A stretch of 63,892 nucleotides of DNA, the filler included, from Octopus bimaculoides (Eukaryota), in the NCBI RefSeq assembly GCF_001194135.2. It is 5 parts of 5 records of this genome, joined end to end, with 100 filler letters (N's around TTAATTAATTAA, not from the genome) between each part and the next. Parts side by side here need not be neighbours in the genome. Positions count along the whole stretch, not along the records: positions 61,186 to 63,892 come from NC_068992.1; 4 more parts are not named here. The stretch is one strand, 5' to 3'. Under the pieces are notes generated by a model. The model was not told where the DNA came from. It saw only the letters and a list, made by a program, of their open reading frames with translations, and ran no database searches. Positions 61,240-63,892 of this stretch are shown here, piece by piece. The position numbers and the translations under genes are program-made. Position 1 is the first letter of the stretch. The number at the start of each line of letters is the position of its first letter.

Positions 61240-62174
61240 ATATAGGTATGTAGATAGATAGAGACAGAGAGAGATAGATAGAGAGAGAGAGATAGAGATA
61301 GATAGATAGATAGATAGATAGATATATAGATAGATAGATAGATGATGGATGGATAGGTAGATAGATAAACAGATATTAAACATCTTGTCCACTTCGTTTT
61401 GTATTACCTCCTACGCAGCATAAAACGTTTCTGATTCATTCCTGGAACGGTATATTTATTGTGCTGTTTTGGTGCTTGTCTGATTTTGCTGTTGTTATGG
61501 TGATGGTGTTGGTGATGTTGTTGTTGGTGGTGGTGGTGGTTTTCTTCATCGTCGTCGTCATCGTCGGCATCGTGCTGGTGTCGGAAGTTGTGCTGGTGAT
61601 GTTATTTAGATTCAGACACATCCTGATGGAGAAAATCATCTTGACTTCAAATTCCAACTAGGTCGCCCTTGCCTTTCATCCTTTCGAGGTCGATGTAATT
61701 GACTTACACTATGCTCAAAAACTGCTGGCCTTGTGCGAAAATTATGAAAGCAATATAAAGATACTCCTCCAATCTCTGCTCAGCTGACTGTGATGATTGA
61801 ACATATCACGAGGAAATAAGGTAAAATTAGAGAAACAGGCAGAAATGTGAACTTGGTTGAAATAAGATGCTATGTTGTATTTACAAACAATAGGGTAATA
61901 CTGAATAAAAAATCCCATTCTTTCACTTTTACATACTGTTTCGCACAGAGGTATCATTGATATGCATTAATAGAGACACGGTACATAAATCTGAGACAAA
62001 AAATAAGTTTCCGTACTTCTTTCCAGCGACAGGATAATTTCGTTAATATGTACAGCACCATTTTTAACTATTGTAAATTTCTACTGATTGCCAACTTATA
62101 AGTGGATGTTTAGCATTGTGTATTCTATAGATGAAACATTGGCCCTGTTAGAATCATTTCCATACCTAGTCTTT

Positions 62175-62850
62175 ATACAGTGTTTTAAAACAGAAAATAT
62201 CTATAATGAAAACTTATTACATAATTTTTGTTTCAAGAAGTTACTGTACATTGTTAATATTTCGTGTGGCTTCCCTTAGCTTGAATAATTGCTTCAATAT
62301 GCCCGGGAAGATATGCGTACATATCCATCACCATCTTCACAGGTATGAGATCCTATTCTCTGTAGATGAACCCCCATAGCTCTTCAAGATTCTGTGGATT
62401 CTTCTGTGGATTGCTCTGTGCACAAGATACTTAAATCGGGGATCTGAGGTGGCAAGTTTTTTTCAATATGGTAACACCTTCATCAACCAGATCCTGCTGT
62501 GTTGCACGCAATCTGTGGCATGGAGCTCCATCATGCTGAAAAAACCTCGCAATCATCAAATTGTCGTTCAGTAACTGGATGTATTTGGCACAATTCAAGT
62601 TACCGTCAATTTTAACCAACTTTCTTGAACCATCTCTTTTTATGTATCCCCAAATGCATCAGACTCTTACTCCCAAACTCCACTGTTTTGGTCGTGTAAC
62701 GTGTTGTTTCGCTTTCCTGGAAGCCTTCTAACAAATTCACGCTTATTGAAACGAATATTATGTAATAAATTTTCATTATAGACATTTTTCTCTTTTAAAA
62801 CTCTGCATCTCGATTGCTTTATGTGAGGTGGCCAAAAACTTTTGCATGGC
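62175..62850 (-). mobile_element. Tc1-like transposon, internally deleted, with long inverted repeats
   Basis: KIDGNLNCAKYIQLL...FFQHDGAPCHR and NPQNLEELW...LPGHIEAIIQAKGSHTKY*; inverted repeats 62177-62235 and about 62746-62805. Confidence 0.85.
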
Positions 62851-63034
62851 CATTTTTGGTAGTCGTCTAGAATTTCTCCCTTCTCATTCACAACCCCTAC
62901 TAAAATTATAATAATTATGTATGGAAATTATTGCAACAGGACCGGCAATTAGTAGAAATTTACAATAGTTAAAAGCGGCCGAAGATTTTTGCTCGGTATT
63001 GTGTGTACATATAAATTTATGTGTGCGTGTGTGT

Positions 63035-63083
<49 letters not shown>

Positions 63084-63892
63084 CACACACACACACATAC
63101 TTACATACATACATAAGCATACATCCTTCTAAGTCCTATCCAAGGTGATAGGAAAGTCGGTCCAGGAGATTCATCCTCCACCATCCCCAGCACATTGTTT
63201 CTCACGGGTGCTGACGTCACTGACAAGACGGATACAAAATAGCTAGATCCCGTAGCGCTGAGAGCACTGAGAGTGACACCGAATGGCAGCCGATGGCGTT
63301 GTTTAATCATCGTCCTCCTCTCTCCATGCAGGCTCCTATGTTCGGTTTCGAAACGCACTACTCTAGCATCACGCATGAACTGCTATGCACTCAGCTTAAC
63401 AGCTAGAGACTCACAACTATCAAGAGAGGCATATCATATATATATATAGGCACAGGAGTGGTTGTGTGGTAAGAAGCTTGCTTCCGTTTCCGGTCGTCAG
63501 TTGTCTTACTGCAGCAGAGCAGTGTCGACGTGAGTCTTTTGGCTCCGCCCAAGAAGGAAGAAGAAAAAGAAAATTTGAAAATTCGGACTGAAGGTCCTTA
63601 CCACGCTAGTCTTTAGCGTGGCGAATTAAGAAGTTCAGCTAAAAGGTAACACTGTTTGTATTCTGGGTCCAGTGGGGGGCCTGTTGTTTGTTGTATCTAT
63701 TTTTTTTACGAGCAAGGAGTCCCTACTGAATTATATACTTTGGTTTGCCTGCAGTTGAGCAATTGGTTCACTTTTTAGTGAACAATTATTCTCATTGTGA
63801 GACATATTGTTTCGGGGGCGTATCCCGCCTCCAAAAAATAGTTGAACTTTTATTTGCTTTATGAAAGCAATTTATTCAGAGAGAAGTGTTTC

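Noticed and set aside
614-63120. Most ORFs in the supplied track (poly-TH, CV, IY, LS, I, N, L and X-rich)
   Set aside because: They are translations of microsatellites, SINEs or N gaps
1-63892. Fanzor/TnpB, endogenous viral RdRp or intact transposase/RT genes
   Set aside because: No RuvC/zinc-finger or GDD motif sets and no long clean ORF were seen; gaps (about 7-8 kb of N) remain unexamined

Overview
Gappy, AT-rich eukaryotic DNA with no protein-coding host gene that I can support. The SINE families and the very dense (TA)/(CA)/(GATA)/(TAA) microsatellites point to a coleoid cephalopod, most likely Octopus; this is inferred from recognising the repeats, not from a search. Most of the window is three abundant tRNA-derived SINE families plus a fourth SINE-like module, microsatellites, and decayed transposons. 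The transposons are pogo/Tigger, mariner, Tc1, DD37D-like, hAT, Tx1/L1, R4/Dong-like, RTE-like and Penelope-like (PLE). The main unexplained signal is a set of minimal type I hammerhead ribozyme (HHR) motifs. There are 7 good ones at 5 loci with unrelated flanking sequence, plus several decayed ones. The best has an intact catalytic core and sits in a 356-bp unit with a 59-bp terminal duplication (13732-14146), the architecture of a metazoan retrozyme or solo PLE pseudo-LTR. Others sit in tail-out fold-back palindromes or inside the (TA)n core of a SINE. A second theme is microsatellite partitioning: Tx1-like in (GATA)n, Dong/R4-like in (TAA)n, HHR/PLE elements in (TA)n. All alignments and folds were done by eye and need computational and biochemical confirmation.
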